A DNA stretch of 64,000 nucleotides from Eledone cirrhosa (lineage: Eukaryota). The stretch covers positions 22,010,001 to 22,074,000 of the forward strand of contig OZ024745.1 of NCBI GenBank assembly GCA_964016885.1. Reading direction: 5' to 3'. The notes below the pieces were generated by a model, which had not been told where the DNA came from, did not search any database, and was given only the letters and a program-made list of their open reading frames with translations. Shown here one piece after another: positions 27,666-42,195 of the stretch. Positions within the stretch are counted from its first letter, which is position 1, and every line of letters begins with the position of its first letter. The position numbers and the translations under genes are program-made.

Positions 27666-29139
27666 CAAAACGACTGTAACTGTTATTTAAAGGGTCAGGC
27701 TTGTAACATTACTCACCACGTTGAATTACTCCGAAAATTGTTAACGCATCAATAATTTATTAATCGAACTAGTTGCTAAGAATCCTTATTTATGCAAATG
27801 GTTCATCCAATTTAGTGACATTTTTTAACCATAATAGTTATTTTTACAATACTTTGGTGGACAGTTATAGATGGCTGCTTATTTGCTGATGAGATTCAAA
27901 TTTTAGGCTGAAACTGATTTAGCAGACATTTTTTTTTTACTGTTCCTGGAAAATAGAAGAAAAGATAAAGTTTTATAACGACTTAGTATTATAGAAAATA
28001 TAAAGGTTTATAACGACGTAGTGTATTTTATTCAATGTATCTTACACACGCATTGTGAGCTGGAATTGTAAATTTAATCTAATGCTCATGATAGCACATA
28101 GGTATGCTGTATTTTCCTGTATAAGAGTGTTTAGAGCGCGTTTGTGCATATGTGCATGTGAGTTTTATGTATTAATGTACGCATGTGTGTTAGTGTGTGT
28201 GAGTGTGTCTATTAGTGTGCATGCACGTTTATTAGCGTGCGTGTGTGTGTATTAGTGTATGTAAGTGTATTGATGTGTGTGTATTAGCGTGCGTGTGTTT
28301 GTATTAACGTCCGTGTGTGTATACTTATGTGTGTGTGTGTCTGTTTATCAGCGTACGTGTGTATGCGTTTACTGGCGTGTGTGTGTATGCATTAGTGTCC
28401 GTGTGTATGTGTATTAACGTGCGTGTGTGTACGTGTAAATAAACACGAGGTATATACTCCAAATTCCTGGAAGCACGACGTGATATTTAAAAGAATGCAT
28501 CTCAATGTTGCCGTGATATGCAACAAACGTCTTAATTCACACAGGCAAGGCTTATTTACATATTGAGGTTAATTTCAACAACCGTTAAGGAATTATTTAT
28601 GCACCGACATGAGGTATATCCCAAACCCTCACTTCCCAATCGCCTCGGGACTCATTCTACCACAAGACTATGTATATTTTTCAAACATATACTTCAATGT
28701 CTAGATATCTAAAAATAATTTCATGCTGTGAATGTATTAGCAGTTTCTTAATGGTTATCAAACACCAATATGCAAATTGCCTAACCCTGTTTGAATTATT
28801 AAGCATTTTCTATTCGCAGTTTTTACTGGGAGCAATGAAACTGAGTTAAACGAGTTTGAAAAGGAAAAGCCTGAAATCTGACGATACGCTGTGAATTCGA
28901 TACTTAGTGGCGTGGTTGAGAAATCTGTTTCGTGTCCACGGGGTTCTAGAGACGCTTTATTGTACGTCAAACGTCATTTACAGTAAGTGTCTTTGACCAC
29001 TGCCTCTAGTTAACAAGCACGGCCTTATACCTACACACACACACACACACAAACATACACACACACACACATACATATATATGTATATATAAATATATAT
29101 ATATATATACAAACATAATATATTTATGTATACACACAC

Positions 29140-29176
<37 letters not shown>

Positions 29177-29179
<3 letters not shown>

Positions 29180-29348
29180 CGAAGGAGTTGTGGTCAGGAA
29201 CCAGATGGACCATAACGCGCCAGAGTATTCAATACTTAGGGTAGTAGAGTGGGTAATAGGAGAAAGTATGACGCCGACGGCAGAGCTCAAGCCGTTTTGA
29301 CGGCTATTTCTGGACTAAAGTTCAGAAATAGCCGTCGAAATACTTTCT

Positions 29349-29350
<2 letters not shown>
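29177..29350 (-). mobile_element. Fold-back PLE-like remnant, family A (short arm internally deleted)
   Basis: Long arm, then CAGAAATAGCCGTCGAAA joined to TACTTTCTC. Confidence 0.72.
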
Positions 29351-29402
<52 letters not shown>

Positions 29403-29471
29403 TATATATATATATATGCGTGTGTGTGTGTGTGCGTGTGTATTTATATATATGTGTATGTGTATGTAATT

Positions 29472-29514
<43 letters not shown>

Positions 29515-29584
29515 AAGATACTCGAAGAATGACGGAAAAAACAGGAGCTCTTGAAATTAAACGAACATTTTTACTTTCTTGCAC

Positions 29585-29716
<132 letters not shown>

Positions 29717-30048
29717 TCTCTCCCCCTCTTTCTACTCTCTTTCTTCACCTAGCTTTCTCACTGTTCCTCTTTCAGTCTATATATCCGTATCCATGAATAT
29801 CTACTGTATATGTATGTTGACGTGTATGCCTGCGTGTGTGTGCGAGCCTGTGTGCAAGTGTGTATGGATGTGTATGCCAGTATATGCCAGTATGTGTGTA
29901 TGTGTGTGTGTGTGGCAAAGGTGGCTAATTTTATTTTTGTTAATTTCTTTGTTAATTTTTTTAAATATTTTTAATTGAAATTATATCTATTTGTTTATTT
30001 ATCATTTATTGCTTTTCTTATTTAATAAATTAATTATTTATCGCTAGA

Positions 30049-30122
30049 ACATCATCGACGTCATCACAGCATCGTCATCATCATCGTCATCATCATCGTC
30101 ATCATCATCGTCATCATCATCG

Positions 30123-30195
<73 letters not shown>

Positions 30196-30434
30196 GTTCA
30201 TCATCATCATCATCATCATCACCCTTACACTAAACATCGTTGCTGTCGTCGTCATCGTCATCGTCAATGTCATCATCGCCATAATCATCGTCGCCGCCGT
30301 CGCCGTCCTCACCAGTTTCGTCATCATCATCATCATCTTAAGAAGAATCATCTTCATCACACTAGTAGCCGTTGTCGTCGTCTACATCTTCATCATGATC
30401 TTTATAAGCATTATCATCGTCATCGTCGTCATCG

Positions 30435-30481
<47 letters not shown>

Positions 30482-30525
30482 GTCATCATCATCATCATCA
30501 TCATCATCATCGTCGTCGTCGTCAT
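30049..30525. repeat. (CAT/CGT)n compound microsatellite
   Basis: Direct reading. Confidence 0.95.
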
Positions 30526-30614
30526 TATCTCCACAATTATAACCCCTTTCCACTACCTCCTCCACCTTCTCCTCATTCTTATCATCACCATCATCATTAT
30601 TAATCCAATTTTAA

Positions 30615-30792
30615 ATATATATATATATATACATATATATATACATACTTGTATATATTATATATACATTAATATATATATATATATATATATATTGATA
30701 TATTAATATATATATATATATATATTAATATATCAATATATATATATATGTGTGTGTATGTATGTATATATATATATGTGTTTGTGTGTGTG

Positions 30793-30838
<46 letters not shown>

Positions 30839-30915
30839 TATATATATATACACACACACACACATATATACACACCCACACACATATATATATATACACA
30901 CACATATATATATAC

Positions 30916-30956
<41 letters not shown>

Positions 30957-31230
30957 CACACACACACACACACATATATATACACACACAGACACACACA
31001 TATATATACACACACACACACACACATATATATACACACACAGACACACACATATATATACACACACACACACACATATATATACACACACACACACACA
31101 CACATATATATACACACACAGACACACACATATATATACACACACACACACACACATATATATACACACACAGACACACACATATATATACACACACACA
31201 CACACATATATATACACACACAGACACACA

Positions 31231-31270
<40 letters not shown>

Positions 31271-31391
31271 CACACACAGACACACACATATATATACACA
31301 CACACACACACACACATATATATACACACACAGACACACATATATATACACACACACACACACACACATATATATACACACACAGACACAC

Positions 31392-31422
<31 letters not shown>

Positions 31423-31539
31423 TATATATACACACACACACACACATATATATATACACACACAGACACACACATATATACACACACACACACACACACA
31501 TATATATACACACACAGACACACACATATATATATATAT
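30615..31539. repeat. Alternating (CA)n/(TA)n microsatellite with a higher-order unit marked by CAGACA
   Basis: Direct reading. Confidence 0.93.
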
Positions 31540-32255
31540 GGCAGAGAAAGGTACGTTGGGTGTGGAATTGTTCGCTATTTCTATAATTCGTTTTATTCCT
31601 ATATTAATATGTTTATTATTTTATCACTCTATCTTCTAGATTATTTTTCTTTAAAATTATTATTATTATCATAGACAATTATTATCATTATTAAATTTTA
31701 TTTCTTATTGTTTTCATTTTGACATTTTTCCTGATTTTTTTTTCCTTTTAATAATTATTATTTCATTATCGTTATACTTTTATTATTTTTATTTTATCAT
31801 CACCATCATTTATATTATTAGCATTATTTTACTATTATCATTATTTCTGTTACTATTATTATTTTAGAAATTATTATTATTATTTCTTCTTCTTCTTCTT
31901 CTTCTTCTTCTTCTTCTTCTTCTTTATCGTGATTGTTGATGTTTTCGTTGTTGTTGTCATTGCTATCATTATTATTGTTGTTGTTATTGTTGCTATTGTT
32001 GTTGCTCTTGTCATTGTTGTATTTATTGTCATTGTTGTTGTTATTATTCCTATTATTGTTGTTGTTGTTATTGTTATATTATGATTTTATTATTCTAATA
32101 TTTATGATTTCCATTTTTTAATTATTTTTAATATATATTCATTCCTTCCAACAGCTCTTCTATATTTTCTTCTTTCCGCTTCTTTCTTTTTACTTTCTTT
32201 CTTAATTTCTTTCTTTCTTTATTTATTTATTTATTTATTCATTATTTTCCTTTTC

Positions 32256-32299
<44 letters not shown>

Positions 32300-33107
32300 T
32301 CGTGCTGATTTTCTTTATTACCATCTTTCTCATATTTTATACATACGTTCCTACAATTATTCCATTATTGAATCATTCTAGGGCCTCACCACTCTACCAT
32401 CACCCACACAACTCCCACCACCACCACCGTCTTTACAACTACCACCATCACCACCATCTTTACACCTACCACCATCACTACCGTCTCCGCCATCACCACC
32501 ATTTTTACAACTACCACCAGCCTGACCCGCAACACCACTACCACCACCACTAGCACCACCATCACCACCACCACCACCACTAACACCACCACCACCACCA
32601 CCACCACCAATACGACCACCAACAACACCACCACAACCACCACCAACATCACCACCACCACCGACACCACCGCCAACACCAACATCACCATCACCACCAA
32701 CACCAGCAGCAGCAACACTAGCACTACTGCAGTTGCCGCTATGCTATCGACATCTCTGCACCCACCTCCCACCATCACCAACATGAACAACAGCAACATC
32801 ATCAACAACAGCAACATCATCAACAACAGCTACATCAACCACATTCACTTACCATCATTGTCAACATCGCCAGTAACGATAATATTCCAATAAACATTTC
32901 TTATTCTTCCAATCCATTGTCCATGCACATCTAGCAGTACCAATACTGTCATCACACTACACTACCACCAACACCACCACCACCACCAGCACCACCAGCA
33001 CCATCAGCACCAACACCAACACCAACACTACTACCATCACCGAGGTACTTTTAATCCGATACTTTTACGACTCTGCATCCCCTCAATCTATTTTATTTCT
33101 CATTCTT

Positions 33108-33143
33108 TCTTCTGATGAAGGACTAGCGTCCGAAACGTTAAGA
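33108..33143 (+). ncRNA. Minimal type-I hammerhead ribozyme (family B, best-preserved copy)
   Basis: UCUU-CUGAUGA-A-GGAC(UAGC)GUCC-GAAAC-GUU-AAGA; stem III reduced to the palindrome AACGUU. Confidence 0.82.
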
Positions 33144-33604
33144 CCCTCTTCCTGCTATATCAAGCGTTAACCTAATATATACCTTCCATATACTGTACCG
33201 ATTGTGTTGTTATTTCTGTTTACCTTTCTATACATACACACATCGACAGTTATTTGACTTTGGTCAAATCGGACCGAGGAAACAATGTTCCGTTGGTATT
33301 TCGAATTGCTAATATTCTCTATCGGTCGCAACTCCAGGTAGAAGGACCAACGTGAAATAATGTGTCTTGCTCAAGGACATAACGCAACGCCCGGTCCAGG
33401 AATCGAGCTCACAACTCACGATTGCGAATCCAATTCTCTTACCAGTCTTATAAATATATATATAAATTGTAGGTTCTAGAAATGTGTCGAGGGTAACCAC
33501 AGTTAAAAAGGGTAACCAATACGCTGGTAGAGTATAGGTGTCAATAGAGTATAGGTGTCAACATTCATTCCGATGAATGAAAGAATTCTAGTCCTGTAGA
33601 AGTC

Positions 33605-33684
<80 letters not shown>

Positions 33685-33908
33685 ATATATACGATGATTT
33701 CATCAGAGACACACTGTATTTAAGGTCGAGTGACGCAATTTCGCGTGATTAGCGGCATTTAGACTCACCTGATCAATGAAACAATTGTTAATGCTGTAAA
33801 TAAATAAATAAGCTAAGATGCTTTCATAGGCGGTATGCCGGTTGAGCACTCTATGCTCCTACGGAGCAGAGTATGATAGAAAGAGGATATGCTCCGAAAT
33901 TAATAGAC

Positions 33909-33996
33909 GTGTCCGAGGAACCTATGAATCCAGAGTCAGGTCGATCCACACACAGATCGCACCTCGAGCTGTTCGCCGGGGAAACAATTGTAACAC
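33909..33996 (+). ncRNA. Decayed long-loop-II hammerhead motif
   Basis: GUGU-CCGAGGA-ACC..(insert containing CCAGAGUCAGG)..GGG-GAAA-CAAUUG-UA-ACAC followed by AAUAAA; core U4 to C. Confidence 0.6.
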
Positions 33997-34182
33997 AATA
34001 AATTGAGTTCCGATGCATCACTGATTTTTCGTTTTCCATTCTATATATATAAGCAAAGGGATATTTAATTTGTTGGTAATTCAACAAATATATTTATAAC
34101 AGATTCGAAGCACTCGACAAATTTTCTAGAGTATAATATCAATGATATTAATAAATGGAAACTATATTTATAAAACCATATT

Positions 34183-34243
34183 TATTCTATTATATATATT
34201 TCAAGGGTACCAAAGCTTTGGTACGCCCTCATCAGATAAAATA
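34183..34243 (-). ncRNA. Type-I hammerhead ribozyme (family E)
   Basis: UAUUUUAU-CUGAUGA-GGGCGUACCAAAGCUUUGGUACCCUU-GAAA-UAUAUA-UA-AUAGAAUA; 8-bp stem I with one G.U. Confidence 0.8.
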
Positions 34244-34398
34244 CAAAGTTTGTTTTATAAATAGTGACATACCCAGAAATATATATATGAGAAAATGAGG
34301 TTGTTTTTTTTTAAATGAAAAAAAAAACAGATGTCCTACACGAGTGAAAGTATAAGGAAAAATGTTGAAATTGAAAATGCAACTGGAGTCTTTTTAAG

Positions 34399-34506
34399 AA
34401 TATTTATTTGTTTCCTTTACCGGTTTCATAGTTCTTATGCTTTTCAAAAGTACAATTTTGAAAAGCATAAGAACTGTGAAACCGGTAAAGGAAACAAATA
34501 AATATT
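34399..34506. repeat. Near-perfect 108-bp palindrome whose arms carry a decayed HHR
   Basis: Arms ~51 bp; the right arm reads UUGAAAA-GCA(UAAGAAC)UGU-GAAA-CCGG-UA-AAGG. Confidence 0.85.
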
Positions 34507-34682
34507 AATAATAATTGTTTCTACTTTAGGCACAAGGCCAGCAATTACCCAGTGCATTACTGGTACTTTATTATAATATAAATATTAATAATAATAAATA
34601 TATATATATATATAATAATAAATATATATATATATATATACAATATTAAATAAATGGAAAACTATATTTATAAAACCATATT

Positions 34683-34748
34683 TATTTCATTATATATATT
34701 TCGGGGATATCATATTAACAATATGCTATGCCTTCATCAGACAAAATA
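34683..34748 (-). ncRNA. Type-I hammerhead ribozyme (family E), in a fold-back spanning 34641-34912
   Basis: UAUUUUGU-CUGAUGA-AGGCAUAGCAUAUU(GUU)AAUAUGAUAUCCCC-GAAA-UAUAUA-UA-AUGAAAUA; partial inverted copy from 34825. Confidence 0.78.
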
Positions 34749-34998
34749 CAATATAAACAGTTTTATAGATAAATATATTCGACATACCGTAATAAACATC
34801 AACTTCATTTGGAGAGGTTTACGCTAGCATATTGTTAATATGATATCCCCGAAATATATATAATGAAATAAATATGGTTTTATAAATATAGTTTTCCATT
34901 TATTTAATATTGTAAATATACTCCAAATATTTGTCGAGTGCTTTTATATCAGTTATAAATATTTACTAGTTGTAACCCAACAATTTTAAATATAACTT

Positions 34999-35028
<30 letters not shown>

Positions 35029-35031
<3 letters not shown>

Positions 35032-35222
35032 CAAAGGAATTGTGGTAAGGAACCAGATGGACCATAACGCACCAGAGTACTCAATACTTAGAGTAGTAGA
35101 GTGGGAAATAGGAAAAAGTATGACCCCGACGGCAGAGCTCAAGCCGTTTCGACGGCTATTTCTATTAGTCCAGAAATAGCCGTCTAAACGGCTTGAGCTC
35201 TCCCGTCGGGGTCATACTTTCT
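35029..35222 (-). mobile_element. Fold-back PLE-like remnant, family A
   Basis: Arms meet at TTTCT-ATTAGTCCAG. Confidence 0.75.
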
Positions 35223-35226
35223 CTCT

Positions 35227-35300
<74 letters not shown>

Positions 35301-35336
35301 GGGTGGTATAAATATACATACATATAAATATATATG

Positions 35337-35368
<32 letters not shown>

Positions 35369-36893
35369 AAGAGACGTACGCGGACACGCCCACACGTCCA
35401 TATGGCTACACACACACATTTACACTCAAATGTGAGAAGACATTGAGAGTGAAATACATGTTTGGAGACATAACTATATGTGTATACACCATATTGTATA
35501 CACCATATTGTATACACCCTATTCGTTCTATGAAGAGCTTGTATATAACACAAGGCGTCTGCATTCGTTTAAGTATAAAGATATATCTATAGATATATTC
35601 GATAGTGGAATACACCATTTAAGCAAACCACTATCATTTATATACACCATATTTATATGAATCTGTGTGTGAATGTCCACGTGTGTTTGTATATGTGTGC
35701 ATCAGTGTTCGTGTGTATGTATGTATTTATTTATGTATGTATTTATTTATGTATGTATAAAATAGATAGATCGACGGAGAAAGATCGGAAACGTGAGCAA
35801 GTAAGTAAAAGTATATAATAATATAAAATGCCGAAATAGATATAATTTTAAATGTGAAGAATAGTGAAGAAGAACGAGAGAAAGGAAAATGGAAATGCGA
35901 AAGAAAGACAGAAAGAGAGTGGGAAAGAAAGATAGAAATTAGGAGTGTTTGATAGAAAGGAAAAAAGGGTGAAACAAAGTAAAAATAGTAAGAAATAAAT
36001 AAAGAAAAGAGAGCGAATGAATGAATAAATAAATAACGAACTGGATTTCGTGGAAAAGGAAATTATAACGCTAGAAAGAATACATAATAGGAAGAAAAAT
36101 AGAAAATAAGAAGAAAAAATACGAGACTAAATGAAGAAATGAGAAAAGGAATGAAGACAGCGAAAGAATGATACATTGAAAGAATACGTGGAAGACAGAA
36201 TGAATAATATAAAAAGACCCAGAAGCAAACAATTGTTTCGTCCAGAAAGTTGTAGATAATTGAGCCAAAACATATCGTCTGCTTTTAAGCAAAATGTCCT
36301 CCTTCCAGAAAAAAATCGCGCTCTCGTTTCGTTGTTTCATTGGTCTAACAGCTAGCTTATACGTTTACGTCATTGTATTATTGTTGTTTTTGTTATTGTT
36401 GTTACTATGTGGTTGTATTCTTTGTTTTTGTTTTTTTCTTTGGTTTTGTTGTGTTTTTACGGTATAATTTACTAGGTCTTGGCAATGTCGGGTGTGGAAA
36501 ACAGAGAGAGGAGTGATTGTCAGTTGGTTTCTTTCACTGAATATTTGTTTCTCTACAATTTATACTGTTGCTAATGTTGTTGCTGTTGCTACTGTTGTTT
36601 GAGTTGTTTGTATTCGTTTATTTCTCGAAGACAAATTAAGGAAAGTTGTCGTACATCGGCAGTGTAAGAGGGAGGTCGTTGATATGTTTTCTTTCCTGCT
36701 AACTTTCCCTCGTACCTTCCTTCTTGCCATTTCATTGTTCTATATTCTCCACTCCATCCTTCTACTTATCTTTTCTCCTTTACTATCTTAGTCTATTATT
36801 TTCTATTCTGGACTTACATCCTTCCACATAACTCTTCTTTGCCGCTTTTATTTCCCTACTATTTAGTCTGATTCTTTCAAATCTTAAATATAC

Positions 36894-36957
<64 letters not shown>

Positions 36958-37218
36958 CTGCCTCTCTCTCTCTCACTCACTATCTCGTTATTTATCTACC
37001 TTTTTATCCAACGATCTACATACATACATACATACATACATACATACATACATACATAAATACATACAAACATACATACATACATAAATACATACATAAA
37101 TACATACATGCATACATGCATACATAAATACATACATACATGCATACATACATAAATACATACATACACACATACATATATGCATACATACATGCATACA
37201 TACATACATACATAAATA

Positions 37219-37570
37219 GATGATGTAAACGTTGTCAGAAAAATACAGGAGAAGGAAGACATCTACGGACCATTGATGAGGAGTTTACAGATCCAGTATC
37301 CAAGATACACCTTTAGCTTCATACCCATCATTATTGGAGCTACGGGTTATATACCAACCCGCTTGGACTAATGTAGAACTGAACTTGCATTTGCGGACAA
37401 AGAACGCAGTTCCCTAATTCATAGTCTACAAATGGCTGTGATAGCTAGCACCTTCAAAATTTGCAAAACATTCTTGCGATTCAAGGGATGACAATTTCTT
37501 TTCTTTTACAACCTTGCCACGAGGAAGGTGGCCGGTCAAAAATATACTCGAAATTAAGAGAAAGAGGGAA
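37219..37570 (+). mobile_element. 5'-truncated R4/Dong-like non-LTR retrotransposon (restriction-like endonuclease C-terminus and 3' UTR)
   Basis: 37219-37491 translates DDVNVVRKIQEKEDIYGPLMRSLQIQYPRYTFSFIPIIIGATGYIPTRLD*..STFKICKTFLRFKG*; flanked on both sides by (TACA)n. Confidence 0.75.
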
Positions 37571-37634
37571 TACATACATACATACATACATACATACATA
37601 CATACATACATACATACATACATACATAAATACA

Positions 37635-38127
37635 TGGTGGCTGCCAACTCGTTTTTGAGTACGGCCACTACGTTATATCCATGTAGGAGAACCTCTAGCG
37701 ATGCGCTGAACGAGTGTGACTTTTTAGTCCAGCCAGCGACTTGAAAACTCTGGTACAAACACTGCACTTGTGACAATTATTGACACAGTGCTGGGCCCAT
37801 GGTACCATGTGATGACAAGTGCAGAGAGATCTCCAGATATAAAGCAATGCCTGTGCCGTGAAGCTTTTATATTGAGCAAAGGCAGTGCACAAAGCCAGTC
37901 CCACTCTCTTAACCAAGATGATATTTACCAAAAAGAAGAACAAGTCAACATCATTGGATACCATCAGGGTTGCAGGTGTTATATCAGAGTTTTCCTTCTC
38001 CTAGAATTCTGCCTTGACAAAGGCTAAGGGGTCATCTCTCCCAGTGATTTTGGATGACCATTGACTCTTAAGAGCTCCTTTTCCCTTTGACAGGTTTTGT
38101 TTTTAGTCCTGCAGGATGTCCAAAGTC
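37635..38127 (-). mobile_element. Short non-autonomous RTE-derived element
   Basis: The minus strand has RTE-like 5' UTR sequence (CTAGGAGAAGGAAAACTCTGAT) joined to a C2H2 C-terminus ([22 protein letters not shown]) and an (ATGT)n tail; second copy at 57258-57706. Confidence 0.7.
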
Positions 38128-38272
38128 ATACATACATACACACATACATAAATACATGCATACATACATATATACATACGTACATACATAGCTATGCATC
38201 TATCGATTCATCCATCTCCTTATATATTTATCAATCTAACCACTCATCGCTTCAATCTTTCTCTCCCTGTAT

Positions 38273-38341
<69 letters not shown>

Positions 38342-39073
38342 TTTGTCTATTTGTATGTATGTATGTATGTTTGTACGTATATATGCATGTATGAATGTAT
38401 ATATGTATGAACGTATGTATGCATATATGAAAGTATGTATGTATGTATGAATGTTTGTATGTATGAATGTATGTATGTATGTATGAAAGTATATATATAT
38501 GTATGAACGTATGTATGTATGAATGTTTGTATGTATGAATGTATGTATGTATGTATGAATGTATATATATATGTATGAATGTATGTCTGTATGAATGTAT
38601 GTATGTATGTATGAAAGTATATATATATGTATGAACGTATGTATGTATGAATGAATGTATGTCTGTATGTATGAAAGTATATATATATGTATGAACGTAT
38701 GTATGTATGTATGAATGTATGTCTGTATGAACGTATGTATGCAATCATGTATGAAAGTATGTATGCAATCATGTATGTAAGTATACACATATATAAGAGA
38801 GGGAAAGAGAGGAAAAACGAAAGATAGAAATGTTAGATGTATCTTAATGGACTGGTACTCGTGTTTCGCCGAAGCCAATGGCTAATACATCCAATATATA
38901 TAATATATATTATTGTGCGAATTGGAAGGTCCCAATTCCCACAATAAATTATTACTCTACAATTAACTTGTATTGAGCTCTCCCGTCTTTAGAGGAAGTA
39001 GTGCGAAGTGCAATATACCCACTATTATATATCTACATCTATGCCTGCCTGCCTCTCTCTCACTCTCTCTCTC

Positions 39074-39153
<80 letters not shown>

Positions 39154-39210
39154 TAGATAGGTAGATAGATAGATAGATAGATAGATATATATACATACAT
39201 ATAGATATAT

Positions 39211-39321
<111 letters not shown>

Positions 39322-39340
39322 TTCAGATTTCAGAGCGATG

Positions 39341-39384
<44 letters not shown>

Positions 39385-39656
39385 CTATATATCTATATAT
39401 ATATTTCGAAATAGCTTGAAGGGAATGACACGTAGAAACTAAGTCAATGTACATACATATATATTTCCTTTCCCCTGATAGGGAACCATGGTTTTAGCGG
39501 AATTGGGTGTATAACATTATATATACCCCCACAAACTTTACCAGTTGATGACAGAGTGACTAGTTTGAGAGAGTTACTCGTTTCTTTACATGCCGTAGTT
39601 ACCACAATTATAAAATGCACCGGAATATACCGATACAACCCGAAACTGGAATACGA

Positions 39657-40053
39657 GAATACTGTGCCAAGTTGTTGAGGCAGTTAAGAAAGGCTATCAA
39701 GACGAAACGCCCAGGAAAACTGACAAAAGAGGTCTTGTTTCACCAGGACCAAGTCCTTGGTTTCAATGGCTGCTGTGTGTGACTGTAGCTTTGAACTGGT
39801 TCATAACACTCCTCATTCTCTAGATTTGGCCCCATCTGACTATCATCTGATCCCCAACCTAAACAATATTTGACTTGGAACCAGTATCACAGTGATGATG
39901 ACGTCATATCTGATGTTGATTACTTTTTTAACAACAGGATCCAAGCCCTGCAACACCGATGAACTGCAAGGGAGACTGTTGAAAAATAAACCTCATTTCA
40001 TCATATTCCATGAGAGTGTTTTGGTACATGTATGAACCTTTCAGCCGACCCTC
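39657..40053 (+). mobile_element. Mariner transposase 3' fragment and terminal repeat
   Basis: EYCAKLLRQLRKAIKTKRPGKLTKEVLFHQD..FELVHNTPHSLDLAPSDYHL, a decayed HQDNA / YSPDLAPSDY; deletions present. Confidence 0.85.
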
Positions 40054-41053
40054 CTAACATCTCTCTAACATACCATAATAATATTAATGATAAAAAAAAT
40101 ATTTTTCGTGCATATTAAATAGGATTGAATTATTTCTTCGTGTAATTTTTGGCAAAGTGTCCAATGAAGACGAAAAGATTCAAGTTTTAAATCAATAATA
40201 AGTGGAGAATAATGATAGGAAAAATATTTCTTACATATTATATCGGTTTACGTTGTTTCTCCGTGCAACACTTTGGCAAAGGACTCAATGAACTCAAAAG
40301 GATTTCAGTTTTAAATCAATAATAAGTGAAAAATATATTAAGAAACACCTTGATCTGTGAATTAATGTTTAGATATGAACTGTTAATCTTTTGAAACAGT
40401 CTCTCCTTTACTTTGTTGAGTCCCTAACAATTGCCGTTAGATTTACCTTTCCATACTCCAACTAAAATGCAAATTTTATTTTCCAGCTAAATTAAGAATG
40501 TTTCGCTAGCAACATTTAGTTAATTATCAGTTAACATATTCATACTAGTGGGTCATTTGAGTTATTTCCCTTGTCCTATATTATCTTTTTTATTATGCAA
40601 AACACCAAAATTTATTCGCAACATTTTTCTCTATAAAGAATCCTTAATGATGAAGCATAATAGAGCGAAACAGGCCCATAACTGATCCCTACCTGCAAAC
40701 AATATTTCCTATTTGCAAAAATACATTACACACTGCTTTAGTATTAAATCTTCTATATACTAAAATATAAAGGATTACTAGCGGTAAGTGTTATTTTGAA
40801 ATTTATTTATTTCCATGTTACCCTTCAAGAATATCTTACCTTAAGATATGCTCCACCCAATCTCTATATTTAGTAAAATATTGGTATCTCAAATACTCAT
40901 TGTATTTTGCTTTCGTACATTTAATAGCTATATATTCGATAGCTTCTACCTACGGTAAATTCGTTCATTGACACATTTTATATGAATTAAATCAAACGGA
41001 CTATTTGGAAGAAACCCCTCTATTAAATCTATACATACATACATACATGCATT

Positions 41054-41096
<43 letters not shown>

Positions 41097-41159
41097 ACTC
41101 ATAGATACATAAACATATATGTATGCATATATATATATATGCATGTCTGTGTTTGTATT

Positions 41160-41240
<81 letters not shown>

Positions 41241-41270
41241 GAATAAATAAATAAATGTATATATATATAT

Positions 41271-41317
<47 letters not shown>

Positions 41318-42195
41318 ATCTTATTCCGGTTGCCTATTCCAATTATTTGTTTTCTTTCTGGTTCTGTGTTTATTTTTTCTCTCCCTCCCCTTCCCTTCCC
41401 CCACTCTCTTCATTTCCTTCCATTTTATGTGTATTAATCCCGCCAACTCTAGATACCAGCAACATCCCAACCCATATCTTACGACAACAGCCCTAGGGTA
41501 AGATATACTAAAGACTCGCCAACGACAGCACCACCATTCTGTAGTAAGGAAATTCTATCTAGCACAATAGAATTGATATTTAGACGTTCTAGTGAATAGG
41601 ACTGGACTGAAGAGTGTTAGCGATTGCAAGGATAGTGGTGACTATGATGATGATGATGAAGGTGATACTGATTATGGTGGTGGTGGTGGTGGGGTTGAGT
41701 GTGTCTCTGTGTGGCGGAGGGGGTGGTAGTGGTAGAGGTAATGGGAGTAGCCATTCTTGTGGTTTTCGTGTTGTCATTGTTGTGGTGTTGGTATTGGTAG
41801 AGAGTAGGATAATGCTGAGTGTGTGTGTGTGGGGTGTGTGTGTGTGTGTGTGAGGAGGGGGGGTTAACGGTAGTGACACTAGCTTGCATCGCTTACTGTA
41901 GTGGTGTTGTTGTGTTGGTAGCGCGGACGATAGTGGTGGGGGGGTGGCATTGTATTGGTAGTGGTAGTAGCAGTGGTTTTCATTGCCATAGAAGTGGTGT
42001 CGGTAGTGGGGATGATAGTGGTAGGATAGTTGTGATGATGCTGTGGCAAATGATGATAATGGTGCTTTGTCGTTACAGTTGTCGTCATCCGTTTGTGAAG
42101 ATGATAATAAAGATGGTGGTGTTAAATGGGGCCCCATTGGCCCTCCTCAGATAGGTTTCCTCTACTTACACTAATTCACATACATTAGTATTTTA

